The translations under genes were made by a program, and so were the position numbers. Below the pieces are notes generated by a model. It was given only the letters and a program-made list of their open reading frames with translations, was not told where the DNA came from and did not search any database. This document shows, one piece after another, positions 1 through 12,159 of a stretch of DNA of 64,000 nucleotides. The DNA is taken from positions 106,360 through 170,359 of the forward strand of contig NMRA01000698.1 of assembly GCA_002633005.1 (NCBI GenBank), in the 5' to 3' direction. Position 1 is the first letter of the stretch. Each line of letters begins with the position of its first letter. The stretch is from Phoronis australis (Eukaryota > Animalia > Phoronida).

Positions 1-2269
1 CATGCCGTGCTCCCACGTGTTCTGCTGAGTGATGCAGTTCATCGCTTGGACACCATTTGCACGCCATCCGTGAAACTAAAACAAAGAAAAAAGAACATTT
101 ATACAATCTTGTAATAACATGCCCTTTTGACAATGAACATAGGAAGCGCATCCCAGGTGAAGTACATGTAGCTTACTTCATGATCACAGACGGGTGCAAA
201 AGTGCATCTTGTCGCAAGGAGCGTTCAGTCGATTGTGTGCCTCGAATACATGTATAAGCGACTGACGTCACGATTCAGCTCTCTGCACAATGACCACCGA
301 CAGCGAATAACAATACCACGTCTCTGTTGGCGGTGATGATAGTGACGTTCAAACGAGCTTCTCACGGCATGGAGACGACCCACGGAAGAAGGTCATTCGT
401 TCAACCATTCACTAATGAGTCTTATGCGCTGTGGCAAGCAGTGGACTACATTGGCATGGTGCTGTGGTAGTCGACTCCATTCGAATTTGTTTCACTAACA
501 ATTGACGATCAACGCCCTGTGATATCTGAAAGCAACACGTGACCTGGACCTGCTGCGATATGTAATTTCGAGAAAAGAATCACGACAAAATATTGCGACA
601 GCTGTCTGCGTTGTCTGTTGCCAGAGATTGACCTCTGGAAAAATATAGTTTTGCATTCTCAAAAATTGTCTCCATTTTTTGAAATACTTGTAAGTGTGCT
701 TAAATGCACATTTTCAAGTACGTTTAGACGACTATGCTGTACAAATGGAGATCCGTCCTATCAACAGGGCCCTCAAAGTGTAAAGCATGCACTGGAAACC
801 GAGTTGTTAAAGGTTCTCTGGAATTGTCTCTCTTATCCATGTTCGAAGTTTTTCTTTTCTCGAATGTTCCCGACCCCGGGCCACGCCTACATGTATATCG
901 GTTGCTACGTTTTAACCCTAACGCCTGCAAATTTTTATTGGGGGGGTGGGCACAACAAGCGCATGTCAGTGAAGCTTTGCGTCCTAAAGCACGATGAATT
1001 GTGATTTGTTCCCTGAATTGTCAGAAATAGGATTGAAATTGTGTTTTGGTGTCTCCTTGGGCGTACAACTGCTTCAAGTAACCGTACCAATAACGGACCT
1101 TCTTAGTGACAAGTTCTAGGAACACGTAGAAAATCAATACCAGCGTTCTCTCCCACTTATAGTACGACTTCATTTCTTATAATTTTTTGTTAAAAATATC
1201 GAATTGCTGATTTTATCCCCAGTTATATATTCAGCCCAAAATCATTTTATTCCACAAAATATCTAGCATTTCAAGATCACCGAGACTGCCTACTTATATT
1301 GCCGAATTTTGTAGTCTGAGAGTTAATATTGTTTTTTTGGTTAGGCGAGTTTTAAGATACAAAGAGCTTCAATATCACGTTTGTTGTTAATTACGAATAT
1401 AGTGACAGGTTTCCGTTTCCTTTAGTAGCAGTAAATCAGATACCATTTACACACATATATTGTGCAAGAAATGCTTTGGGTGGTTCTTCAACGAGCACTA
1501 TGGAACAAGCTGCTTTTGACCAAACCGTCGCCATTCTGAAGGCAGAGCAGTTTAGTGACAAGCAATGAAAAATATTGTTGTCTGCCCCCCACTCCTCTTT
1601 GTGCACAAACAAACAGAAATGGCTTTCTTTTGGAGATTGTGGTCTGCCCCCCAACATCCTAGATCCTACAGTGTGCCTTACTCTAATAACAATGCAAGGA
1701 TACAAGAACTTTGTAAACTAAAGTATCAAATTTATTTTGAAATATCCATCAATGCTCACTCACTGAGTTACATAAAATTCAATAAAAAGTGGCGCTCCTC
1801 TAGAGTACCGTTCACACATAGAAAAATAGAACCTTCATTAATTACTTATTTACTTAAACCGGTATTAAAAGAAACAGCTCACAAATTTCATCAAAATTAC
1901 CAAGACGGTATTCTCTTGTAATCCAGTTATACTGTACAGTAACAACCGAAATTCACAACAAATCAACACAAAAGTTTAGCAACGTGAGAGGAAAAGCAAA
2001 AAAATTCCCAAAGAAAATTTAAGAGACAGCCCAAAAATTGGCATTCAGAAACCATTTTTGGATCATGTGCGGAGGTGGGTGTGTGTTTCTGAGCTAAGCT
2101 AAATCTGCCTCATTTCCAACATGATTTTGACAATTAGGAGAAGATAAATGAAATTTACGTTCATTTTCATGACATGTATAGTACGTGATCCAATTGATGG
2201 CAGAAAAAATATTAGTAATAAATGCAGTTAATAAAAATTTACAGGCTTTACACTTCTTGAAATATCATT
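1..2269 (+). repeat. Long repeat block A, copy 1 (truncated by window start)
   Basis: Aligns by eye to 10111-12159 throughout, with scattered substitutions and an extra ~215 bp (about 1302-1517) absent from copy 2. Confidence 0.95.
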
Positions 2270-3814
2270 TGATGACATTGATCAATAGACCTAACTGGTT
2301 GTAATAAAAGGTATAAACGACTAGGATTGCAATTGTAGTTTCCAACGATGTCACCGTCTATATTAAAAACGCTGACATGGCGGGCATGATCGTGGCGTTA
2401 TACATACGTATGCAGGATATATCATACAGAGCTATAGAAACAGAGCTCTCTTGGCAGTGCTACCATTTGCATACAAGCTCTCAACAATAATCGGCTACCC
2501 ATTACGTAACCAAGAATATACAAATAATTCCCAAATGTACAGTAGTTCTCGTCACCGAGCCACGGTTTCCTGTGCTGGTTATACAATTAGGCTCAATAAC
2601 AATGATAAAATAAAAAATAATCACAAAATCAACATCATTATTATTAATATTAATATAAACAATTACAATTTTAACAATAAACCCAAGTTTTTATAAGTTA
2701 TCACACGTCGCAACAGGTTTTCAAACACTTCGGATATAAGGTGGTGCAAAGGCTAAGGTTCCGTAGACCACAGAACTAATATTGGTTCCCAGTACAGACC
2801 AAAGACATTTGTAAGAAAATATTTTATGAGATCACGTACTTATCTTGTAATACATAACGATATCTCGCAAGACTTGCGTCTACAAAGCACAGCCCCGCAT
2901 TGGATGCAAGATAGTTTTATGCGCAGTGTGACTTTTGGTTACAAATTAATCACCGTGAAACTGTGGGTAACGCAGTAGTTGCTCGGGTGATGACTTTCTT
3001 TATGTACATAGCATAACTCATTAACCAATTTCATAACAAGTAAAATGAAGTAGCAAACGTAAATAAGCAGTAAACGAAAATCACTGTTCATCATGTCATA
3101 TACGCCTACATGGAATAGCCTCGTGTGTGAGTTATCAGAGACATTTTGCAGCCTACCTCCGTATATGAAGAGTTGAATAAATGGTTTCTTAAAAAAAAAA
3201 ATTTCAGAAATGGGTGCACGGGTGCAAATAGAGCCATGCACGACAAATCTTGTTACATACCAAAAGTTGTCTTATGTTTCAAAGGAGAGAATGAATAAAA
3301 ATACAAATGAGCACAGAGAAAAGAGAAAATGTAAAATGTCACGAAAACGTAAGAGATCTATACCCGGGTTATAAAAATTGCATAACCAATGACAGCAACG
3401 TCTGATGTTCGTCGAACAATCCATTATAAGTTCTCTGATTGTGGGAGCAAATTGTAAATTGTTCGGCACAATAAGATACCAAGTGAACCAAATAACCTTT
3501 ATAGTGGCAAAAGCACATAGCAGAACTATTGAAAATACAATACGCATCGGCGTGGATATGTTTACCAAATGAACCAACACAAGCTTGATATGAAAATCGA
3601 AGTAAACTATACAATGGGAAAATTTGTGCAATTGTTTCGTGAGCTTGCCCAAGAAAGCACATGTTATTTGCAAAAATATTCTAGTTGCTTGGCACAATTT
3701 CAAATTAGACATTCTGTTTCAACATCAGTGAGAATTATTGTTGGTCTTTGCTCGTTATTTGGCTGAGAGACTCGTGTTTGGTGGTTTCACGGTAAGCCTT
3801 CTGGAAGCACAAGG

Positions 3815-4003
3815 GAAGGATGGCCATTCGCAGTTCCCAGTCTTGTTTACTAGATAAACCAATGGCTGCTGGAAGACATAATTAAACTATATATTAAGTT
3901 TCTGCAGCTAGTCTACGTGAGAAATCATGCGTATAAAGTAAAGAAGTGTTTGTTCGGAGACTCGTTTTGACAATTACGTGAAAAAGATGGAATTACAGAT
4001 TAA
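3815..4003 (+). pseudogene. Decayed Ulp1/C48 cysteine-protease-like coding relic inside block B
   Basis: Frame from 3857 reads NQWLLEDIIKLYIKFL...CLFGDSF*QL (copy at ~62177: SQWLQEDIIKLYIKLL), resembling the WLNDEIINFY..LL...F.SF segment of Ulp1 proteases. Stops and a frameshift are present; by-eye match only. Confidence 0.3.
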
Positions 4004-4091
4004 CATCATCCAGTGGCATATGATTTACCTAGGGCTTCTGCTTTGTATTCAAAATAGACTCTAGATGTTGAAAGCAAACTTTCTATTTGAA

Positions 4092-4170
4092 TGTAGGGGT
4101 CACTGGGACTTGAACCCAGAACCTCATGTCATAGACATGCCTGCTACCTTGCATCATGACCCCGGGTGAT
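4092..4170 (-). mobile_element. tRNA-derived SINE head remnant (second copy ~62412-62490)
   Basis: Pol III B-box GGTTCAAGTCCC on minus (gggacttgaacc on plus); no cloverleaf. Confidence 0.45.
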
Positions 4171-5139
4171 TGTTCTATAGTTAGTTTGCATTTCAACAGC
4201 GTTTTTGGTAGAGAGCCAATGTGCTCAAACAGGAATATCAAAATTTGGAGTTAAAATTGCTGCGTCCTGGTTGTTTACCGTTTAAGTTTGATGATCGAAA
4301 AAATTAATAGGTGGTCTTGGACCACGTCTATTATGTAGACTGGTTATGGTTTTCATTGATTATTGTTAGAGAAGGGAATTGTACCCATTTTGATGATATT
4401 TCTTATTTTTCCAAAGAAACCAGAGTTCAGCAACCTTAAGTAACTTAACAATCACCCACCTCCTTTTATTCGAACCACGTACAGTGAAAAGGTCACGATA
4501 AAAATCTGTCACAAAGAAGGTGTGAACGATTTTAAAGAAATTTTGTATTCGAACGTATTTTCTAATCTTTTCGACGGGATGATTTACTTTTTTGAACGCG
4601 TTTTAGGCATAAATATCGTCAAAGCTAAGTCTATATTTTTCAACTTAGTGAAAGGAGATTTAAAGAGGCCCAAGACAAAATTGTCATTAGGTTCTTTTGA
4701 AGTCGAATATATAGGCTCAAAATACCTATACAAGTAAGTACAAAACATCAAATCGATCTCAAAAGCATACAATTTCCATCAATAGTAAAGTACGTGGTTA
4801 TTATTACAAAAGCAACGTGTTTCTGAGGTGACAAAACACGTGCGCAAGGAAAAAGGTATACTCTCCTGAAATCTTTCTTGGGAATGAGACGTCATGTGTA
4901 CAAAGGCGCCCTCAAATCTGCAGCGAGAATTAAGAAGTCAAAAAAGACTAATTACACTGTTCCATGCAAGTCATGAACTTCATAAAAATCGCGTTTCCTG
5001 CATTTTTGATATTTTAACATTCATCGTGCGGGAAAGGTTTTCCTTACACCTTGGCCACTGACAATTTAAGTTACTGAATACTTGACCCGTTTCATGTCTC
5101 GAAGGCCAACGTCTGTCGTCTCCTTAGTCTTGAAGAGGA

Positions 5140-8100
5140 ATATGTCAATTAATATACACGCCACACAGTATACATGATAACAAGTCAACCAATTACACGA
5201 TGCACATTCTACATGATCACAAGTCAATTAATAAACTAGATAACACTGACGTTTTAAGCATTTAAATACCTGACCATTTTGATGTCCTGGCGGCAGCCGT
5301 TTGTCGTCTTCTCAATCTTTAAGAGGAATAAATCAATTACTAAACAAGCCATACAGTACAAATGATAACAAGTCAATTAATATACACGCCACACAATGGG
5401 TACGATAAAAACAATTAATAAACAAAACCTATATTATACATGATAATACTGAAAATTTAAGCCTTTGAACACTTGACCTGTGTGAGGTTGGTCCCAAATA
5501 TTGAAATGTCTAGGATGGCCTACATTAAACTTGAAAATAATCAATTAATACACACGACTCACAATATATTGTAACAAACCGAATATTATACACGACACAC
5601 AATATACATGTTAAAAATTCAATTAAAATGGATGGCAAGGTATGGAGAGCCATTCACTTGCTTTTAATAAAGTAGAACTTACAGTGAATCTTCTCCATTT
5701 TGTCTAAATATTTGTCTCTTCCAATGCCCATCTTAGTAAAGCCATTGAGAAATTCATCTTAAGTTGATTGCTCAGTCTCCGTGTCAACGATGTCAAATTT
5801 TCACCTCCCCCTTGCTTAGGGCTTTTCAGAAGGCCGAAGCCAAGACGAAGAAACTTGGCAAAGCATTAGCGGAAGTCGACCAAAAGGTGGCTGGACGAAG
5901 GGACCGCTTCAAGAAGTAACGAAAACCATTAATATACAAGACCCTCTATATATGATCAAAATTCAATTAATATACACGACACACAGTATACGATAAATCA
6001 AGTAATATACTTGATGATCAATCAACATGACAACAAGACAAATAATATACACGACACAATATACATGATAACAAGTCAATTAATATACACGACACAATAG
6101 ACATGATAACTAGTCAATTGATATAAACAGTAAAAATAAAAGGTCATAATATACATGACAAACATTAAACATGAAAATAAGTCAATTTATACACACGACT
6201 CACAATATATTGTAACAAACCAAATATTATACACGACACACAATATGCATGTTAAAAATTCAATTAAAAAACAACAGAAACATGATATCAAAACAATTAA
6301 AATACACAAGACTCACAATAAACATGACAAGTCAATTAACGTGCACGATTCACAATGAACTTGACAACAAGTCAGTTAAGGTTTGAAGTACACAGGAACA
6401 ACGATAACAAGTCAATTAATATACACGACAGAAAATAAGCCTGTTGAAGTCTAAATAGTATACCTGAGAAGCATTAATTCTGAGAACAAGTCAATTAATA
6501 CATACGAATCACAATACATTATAGCTAAACAAGAATTATACATGACAAACGATCAACATGATAGAAAGTCAATTAACATACACGACATACAATAAAAATG
6601 ATAACAAAACAATTAATATATGCGGCAAACAATAAAGAACATAACAGGTCAAATAATATACACGACACACATTAAACATGAAAACAAATGAATTAATACG
6701 TGCGACCCACAGTACATTATAAGAAACCAAACAGTGTACAGGACGCACAATGAACATGATCAAAATTCAATTAAAAACCACAACACATAAAACATGACAT
6801 TAAAAGAATTAAATTACACCAAACACAATAAACATAATAATAATTCTATCGAAAGACACGACACACTATACAGTTGATAAATGGTCAGTTAACGTGAACA
6901 ACACACAATAAACAGTATACCAACTTAATTACTGTACAGGCCACAAAATAATTATGATAAGTCATTTATGATACATGACACATAATAAACATAAAAACAT
7001 TAATTAACATACACAACTCACAACAATCATGATAACAAGACAACTAATATACAAAATAAATAGTAACCTGGAAAAAATCAATTAGTACACACGACTCTAA
7101 ATATACAAGAAAAAAGATCAAATAATATACATGACAAACGATAAAAATGAAAACAAGTCAATAAATAGACACGACTCATAATACACTATATATAAATCAA
7201 GAATTATACAAGACACAAAATAAACATGATCAAAAGTCAATTAAAAACACAACACAAAAACATGATATCAAAACAATTAAAGTACACGAAAAACAACAAA
7301 CATGATAACATGTCCATTAAAGTACACGGCAAAACGTGACAATGATAACAAGTCAATAAACTTACAAAACCCATAATACTCATGATAACTCTCACTGGAT
7401 ATGTAATTGAATACTTGACCCATTGGAGGTCCTGGCGGCCGCCGTCTGTCAACTTTTATTCTTCAAGAGAAATAAATCAATTCATATACACGCTTCATAG
7501 TATACATTATAACAAGTCAGTTGACAAACAAAACACACAATTAACAACAAAACAATTGAATTAATACACACGACACACAATAAATGATAACCAGTCAAGT
7601 ATAATACATGGCATGTGTTAAACACGATAAAATTCAGTTAGTAACAAAGACACACAATAAACATGATACGAGAAAAATTAACATACATGACATGCAATAT
7701 ACATGAAAATTAGTCAATAATATATAAGACACAAAATAAACATGATAACAAGTCAATGGAAATGAACGACACACAATAGACAAATAATATACGCGACAAG
7801 CATTAAACCTGAAAACAAGTCAATGGATACGTACGACTCACAATACATTATATCAAATCAAGAACCATACAAAACACACAATAAACATGATAACAAAATC
7901 AATGCACATACACGACACATGACACGCGACAACAGGTCAATTAATATATACGACACACAATAAACATGATAAAAACTCAACTGATATACACGACACACAA
8001 TAAACATGGTAACACGTCAATAAACATGCACGATTCATAATGAACATGATATATCAATTAATATACGAAATACAAGGTAACCACGATACAAGTTAATTAA

Positions 8101-9870
8101 TACACTCGAATCAAAATATACAAGATAAAAGATCAAAGAATACACACGACAAACAATGAAAATGAAAAAGTTAAATAATTCACACGAGTCAAAATACAAT
8201 ATAACAAATAAAGATGTCAATTAAAATACACGGCACAACATAGACATGATAACAAGTCAAGCAATATACACAACTCATAATAAGCATGATAACACTGACT
8301 ATATATTTAATTGAATACTTGACCAATTTGATGTCCAGGCGGCCGCCGTCTGTTGTCTTCGTAATCTTCAAAAGAAATAAACCAGTTAATATATACGCCA
8401 CATAGCATACACTATAACACGTCAGTTGATAAACAAGACACACAATAGAGATAAACATGATAACAATTCAATTCATACAACAGACACAATACACATGATA
8501 AGAGAGCAATTAAAATACACGGCATAAAGTATTCATGATAATTGGTCAATTAATAAACACAACACAAAATAATCATGATTACAACTCAATTGATATGCAC
8601 GACACACAATAAACATGGTAAAAACTCAATTAACGTGCACGATTCACGATGAACACGATCACAAGTCAATTTACACACGAAATACACAGTAATCTCGATA
8701 AAAGTCAATTAATATACACGACACAAAATAAACATGACAAAAGATCAAACAGTAAACACGACAAGCACTAAACATGAAAACAAATCAATGATTACATACG
8801 ACTCACAATATATTATAACAAATCACAAATTATACACGACACACAATAAAAATAATAACAAGCCAATAAGTGTACGTGACATATAATACACATGATAACG
8901 AGTCAAGACACACGGCACACAATACACACGATAACAGGTAAATTAATAAGCACAACACACTGTAAACATTTTACCAAGTCAATTAATGTAGAGGGCACAA
9001 AATAATTATGATAACAGGTCATTTATGATACGTGATACACAATAAACCTGAAAACAAGTTAATTAACATACACAAGTCACAGTAAACACGATAACAAGCC
9101 AATTAATATACGAAATACACAATAAGCATACAATTAATACACACGACTTAAAGATGAAAGATCAATTGATATACACAACAAACAATAAAATTGAAAACAA
9201 ATCAATTTATAGACACGCCTCACAATACATTATAACAAATCAAGAATTTTACACGACACAAAATAAACATGATCAAAAGTCAATTAAAAACAACACAAAA
9301 ACACGATATGAAAACAATGAAAATACACGAATCAAAACAACACGAAACGCAATAAACATGATAAAATGTCAATTAATATACACGGCACAACATAGACATG
9401 ATAATAAGTCAAAAATATAAACAACACATCATAAACAAAATAACACAGACTATATATTTAATTGAATACTTGACCAATTTGATGTCCAGGCGGCCGCCGT
9501 CTGTTGTCTTCTTAATCTTCAAAAGAAAATAATTAATTAATATACATGCCATATAGTATACATTATAACACCTCAGTAGCTAAACAAGACACACAATAGA
9601 CATGAACATAATAACAATTCAATTAATACACACGAACCACAATAAATGATAATTAGTCAATTATTAAATACGACACAAAATAAACATAATATTAGCACAA
9701 TTGATATACACGACAAACAATAAATATGGTAACAAATTAATTAACGTGCACGATTCACAATGAACATGATAACAGTACATTTAATATGCGAAGTACACAT
9801 TAACCACTACACATGATAATTCAATTACATGTAGTGCACACAACACACGGAAATATGCATGATCACTCTG
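5140..9870 (+). repeat. Degenerate ~40-bp satellite (consensus approx. AAGTCAATTAATATACACGACACACAATAAACATGATAAC) with ~1-kb higher-order structure
   Basis: 40-bp periodicity is visible e.g. at 7933-8020; strongly A/C-rich and G-poor plus strand; interrupted by GC-rich islands and a unique insert at 5630-5920. Confidence 0.85.
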
Positions 9871-10110
9871 ACAGTCATAGCAAAGGAATACTTGACCGAT
9901 TTCTTGTTCCGATGGCGCCTTCTGTCGTCTTCCTAACAAACTGGGTCGGTTCTGAGACCTCGCGATCCCGTGATGAGGAAAGAAACTACATTCGAAAGAC
10001 TTGATTACTGACTGGGGTTATTGTGCTTTAGTTAGTGCGTTAGTGTATTAGTTAGGGTTAGATTGTGCAGTGTTATCAGCCAGCAATCAAATCTTCCATA
10101 ATGGCAAGCG

Positions 10111-12159
10111 CATGCCGTGCTCCCACGTGTTCTGCTGAGTGATGCAGTTCTTCGCTTGGACACCATTTGCACGCCATCCGTGAAACTAAAACAAAGAAAA
10201 AAGAACATTTATACAATCTTGTAATAACATGCCCTTTTGACAATGAACATAGGAAGCGCATCTCAGGTGAAGTAGCTTACTTCATGATCACAGACGGGTG
10301 CAAAAGTGCATCTTGTCGCAAAGAGCGTTCAGTCGATTGTGTGCCTCGAATACATGTATAAGCAACTGACGTCACGATTCAGCTCTCTGCCCAATGACCA
10401 CCGACAGCGAATAACAATACCACGTCTCTGTTGGCGGTGATGATAGTGACGTTCAAACAAGCTTCTCACGGCATGGTGACGATCCGCGGAAGAAGGTCAT
10501 TCGTTCAACCATTCACCGTAATGAGTCTTATGTGCTGTGGCAAGCAGTGGACTACATTGGCATGGTGCTGTGGCAGTCAACTCCATTCGAATTTGTTTCA
10601 CTAACAACTGACGAACAACGCCCTGTGATATCTGAAAGCATCACGTGACCTGGACCTGCTGCGATATGCAATTTCGAGAAAAGAATCACGACAAAATATA
10701 GCGACAGCTGTCTGCGTTATCCTTTGCCAGAGAGGGATATCTGAAAAAATATAGTTTTGCAGTCTCAAAAATTGTCTCCATTTTTTGAAATACTTGTAAG
10801 TGTGATTAAATGCACATTTTCAAGTGCGTTTAGACGACTTTATGCAGTAGAAATGGAGATCCGGCCTATCAACAGGGCCCTCAAAGTGTAAAGCATGCAC
10901 TGGAAACCGAGTTGTCAAATGTTCTCTTGAATTGTCTCTCTTATCCATGTTCGAAGTTTTTCTTTTTTCGACTGTTCCCGACCCCGTGCCACGCCTATAT
11001 CGGTTGCTACGTTTTAACCCTAACGTCTGCAAATTTTTATTGGGGGGAGGGGGGCACAACAAGCGCATCTCAGTGAAGCTTTGCGTCCTAAAGCACGATG
11101 AATTGTGATTTGTTCCCTGGATTGTCAGAAATAGGATTGAAATTGTATTTTGGTGTCTCCTTGGGCGTAGAACTGTTTCAAGTAACCGTACCAATAACGC
11201 ACCTTCTTAGTGACAAGTTCTAGGAACACGTAGAAAATCAATACCAGCGTTCTCTCCCACTTATAGAACGACTTCATTTCATATAATTTTTGTGTTAAAA
11301 ATATTGCTGATTTTATCCCCAGTTATATATTCAGCCCAAAATCATTTTATTCCACAAAATCTCTAGCATTTCAACATCACCGAGACTGCCTACTTATATT
11401 GTGACCCAACAGTCGCCATTCTGAAGGCAGAGCAGTTTAGTGACAAGCAATGAAAAATATTGTCGTCCTCTGTCCCCCACTCCTCTCTGTGCACAAACAA
11501 ACCGAAATGGCTTTCTTTTGGAGATTGTGGTCCGCCCCCCGACATCCTAGATCCTACAGTTTCCCTTACTCTAATAACAATGCATAGGATACAAGAACTT
11601 TGTTAACTAAAGTGTTAAATTTATTTTGAAATATCGATCAATGCTCACTCACTGAGTTACATAAAATTCAGCAAAAGGTGGCGCTCCTCTGGAGTACTGT
11701 TCACACATAGAAAGATAGAACCTTCATTAATAATTTATTCACTTAAACCAGAATTAAAAGAAACAGCTCACAAACTTCAGGAAAATTACCAAGGTCACGG
11801 TATTTTCTTGTAATCCAATTATACTGTACAGTAACAACCGAAGTTCACATAAAATCAACACAAAAGCGTGGCAACGTGAGAGGAAAAGCAAAAAAATTCC
11901 CCCCAAAAATTTAAGAGACGGCCCAAAAACTGGCACCCAGAAACCATTTTTGGATCATGTGCCGAGGTGGGTGTGTGTTTCTGAGCTACCCTAAATCTGC
12001 CTCATTTCTAACACGATTTTCACAATTAGGAGAAGATAAATGAAATTCACGTTCATTTTCATGACATGTATAGTACATGATCCAATTAATGGCAGAAAAA
12101 TATAGTAATAAATGAAGGTAATCAAATTCTACAGGCTTTATACTTCTGGAAATATCATT
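10111..12159 (+). repeat. Long repeat block A, copy 2
   Basis: Direct repeat of 1-2269; the ORF track shows near-identical peptides at 57-257 and 10167-10361. Confidence 0.95.

Larger units (their letters stand above)
2328..5676 (+). repeat. Long repeat block B, copy 1
   Basis: Direct repeat of 60419-64000 (offset 58320 over most of its length); paired ORFs 2939/61259, 3369/61689, 3569/61889. Confidence 0.95.

Noticed and set aside
2939-3712. Minus-strand ORFs of 97-146 aa conserved in both B copies
   Set aside because: Conservation is explained by the duplication; no recognisable domain; the coding-like relic is on the opposite strand.
6155-9420. N/K/T/H-rich and hydrophobic ORFs in the satellite
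   Set aside because: Translation artefacts of a strand-biased 40-bp repeat.
5077-9930. CRISPR-like array of conserved motifs with spacers
   Set aside because: Spacers are 0.2-2 kb of degenerate satellite rather than unique short spacers; eukaryotic context and no cas genes.
9967-9995. TGATGAG...GAAAC hammerhead-like string
   Set aside because: The core is GTGATGA rather than CTGATGA, and no stem II or flanking stems form.
10028-10060. TTAG-rich stretch including TTAGGGTTAG as an interstitial telomere
   Set aside because: Only one exact TTAGGG; too short and degenerate.
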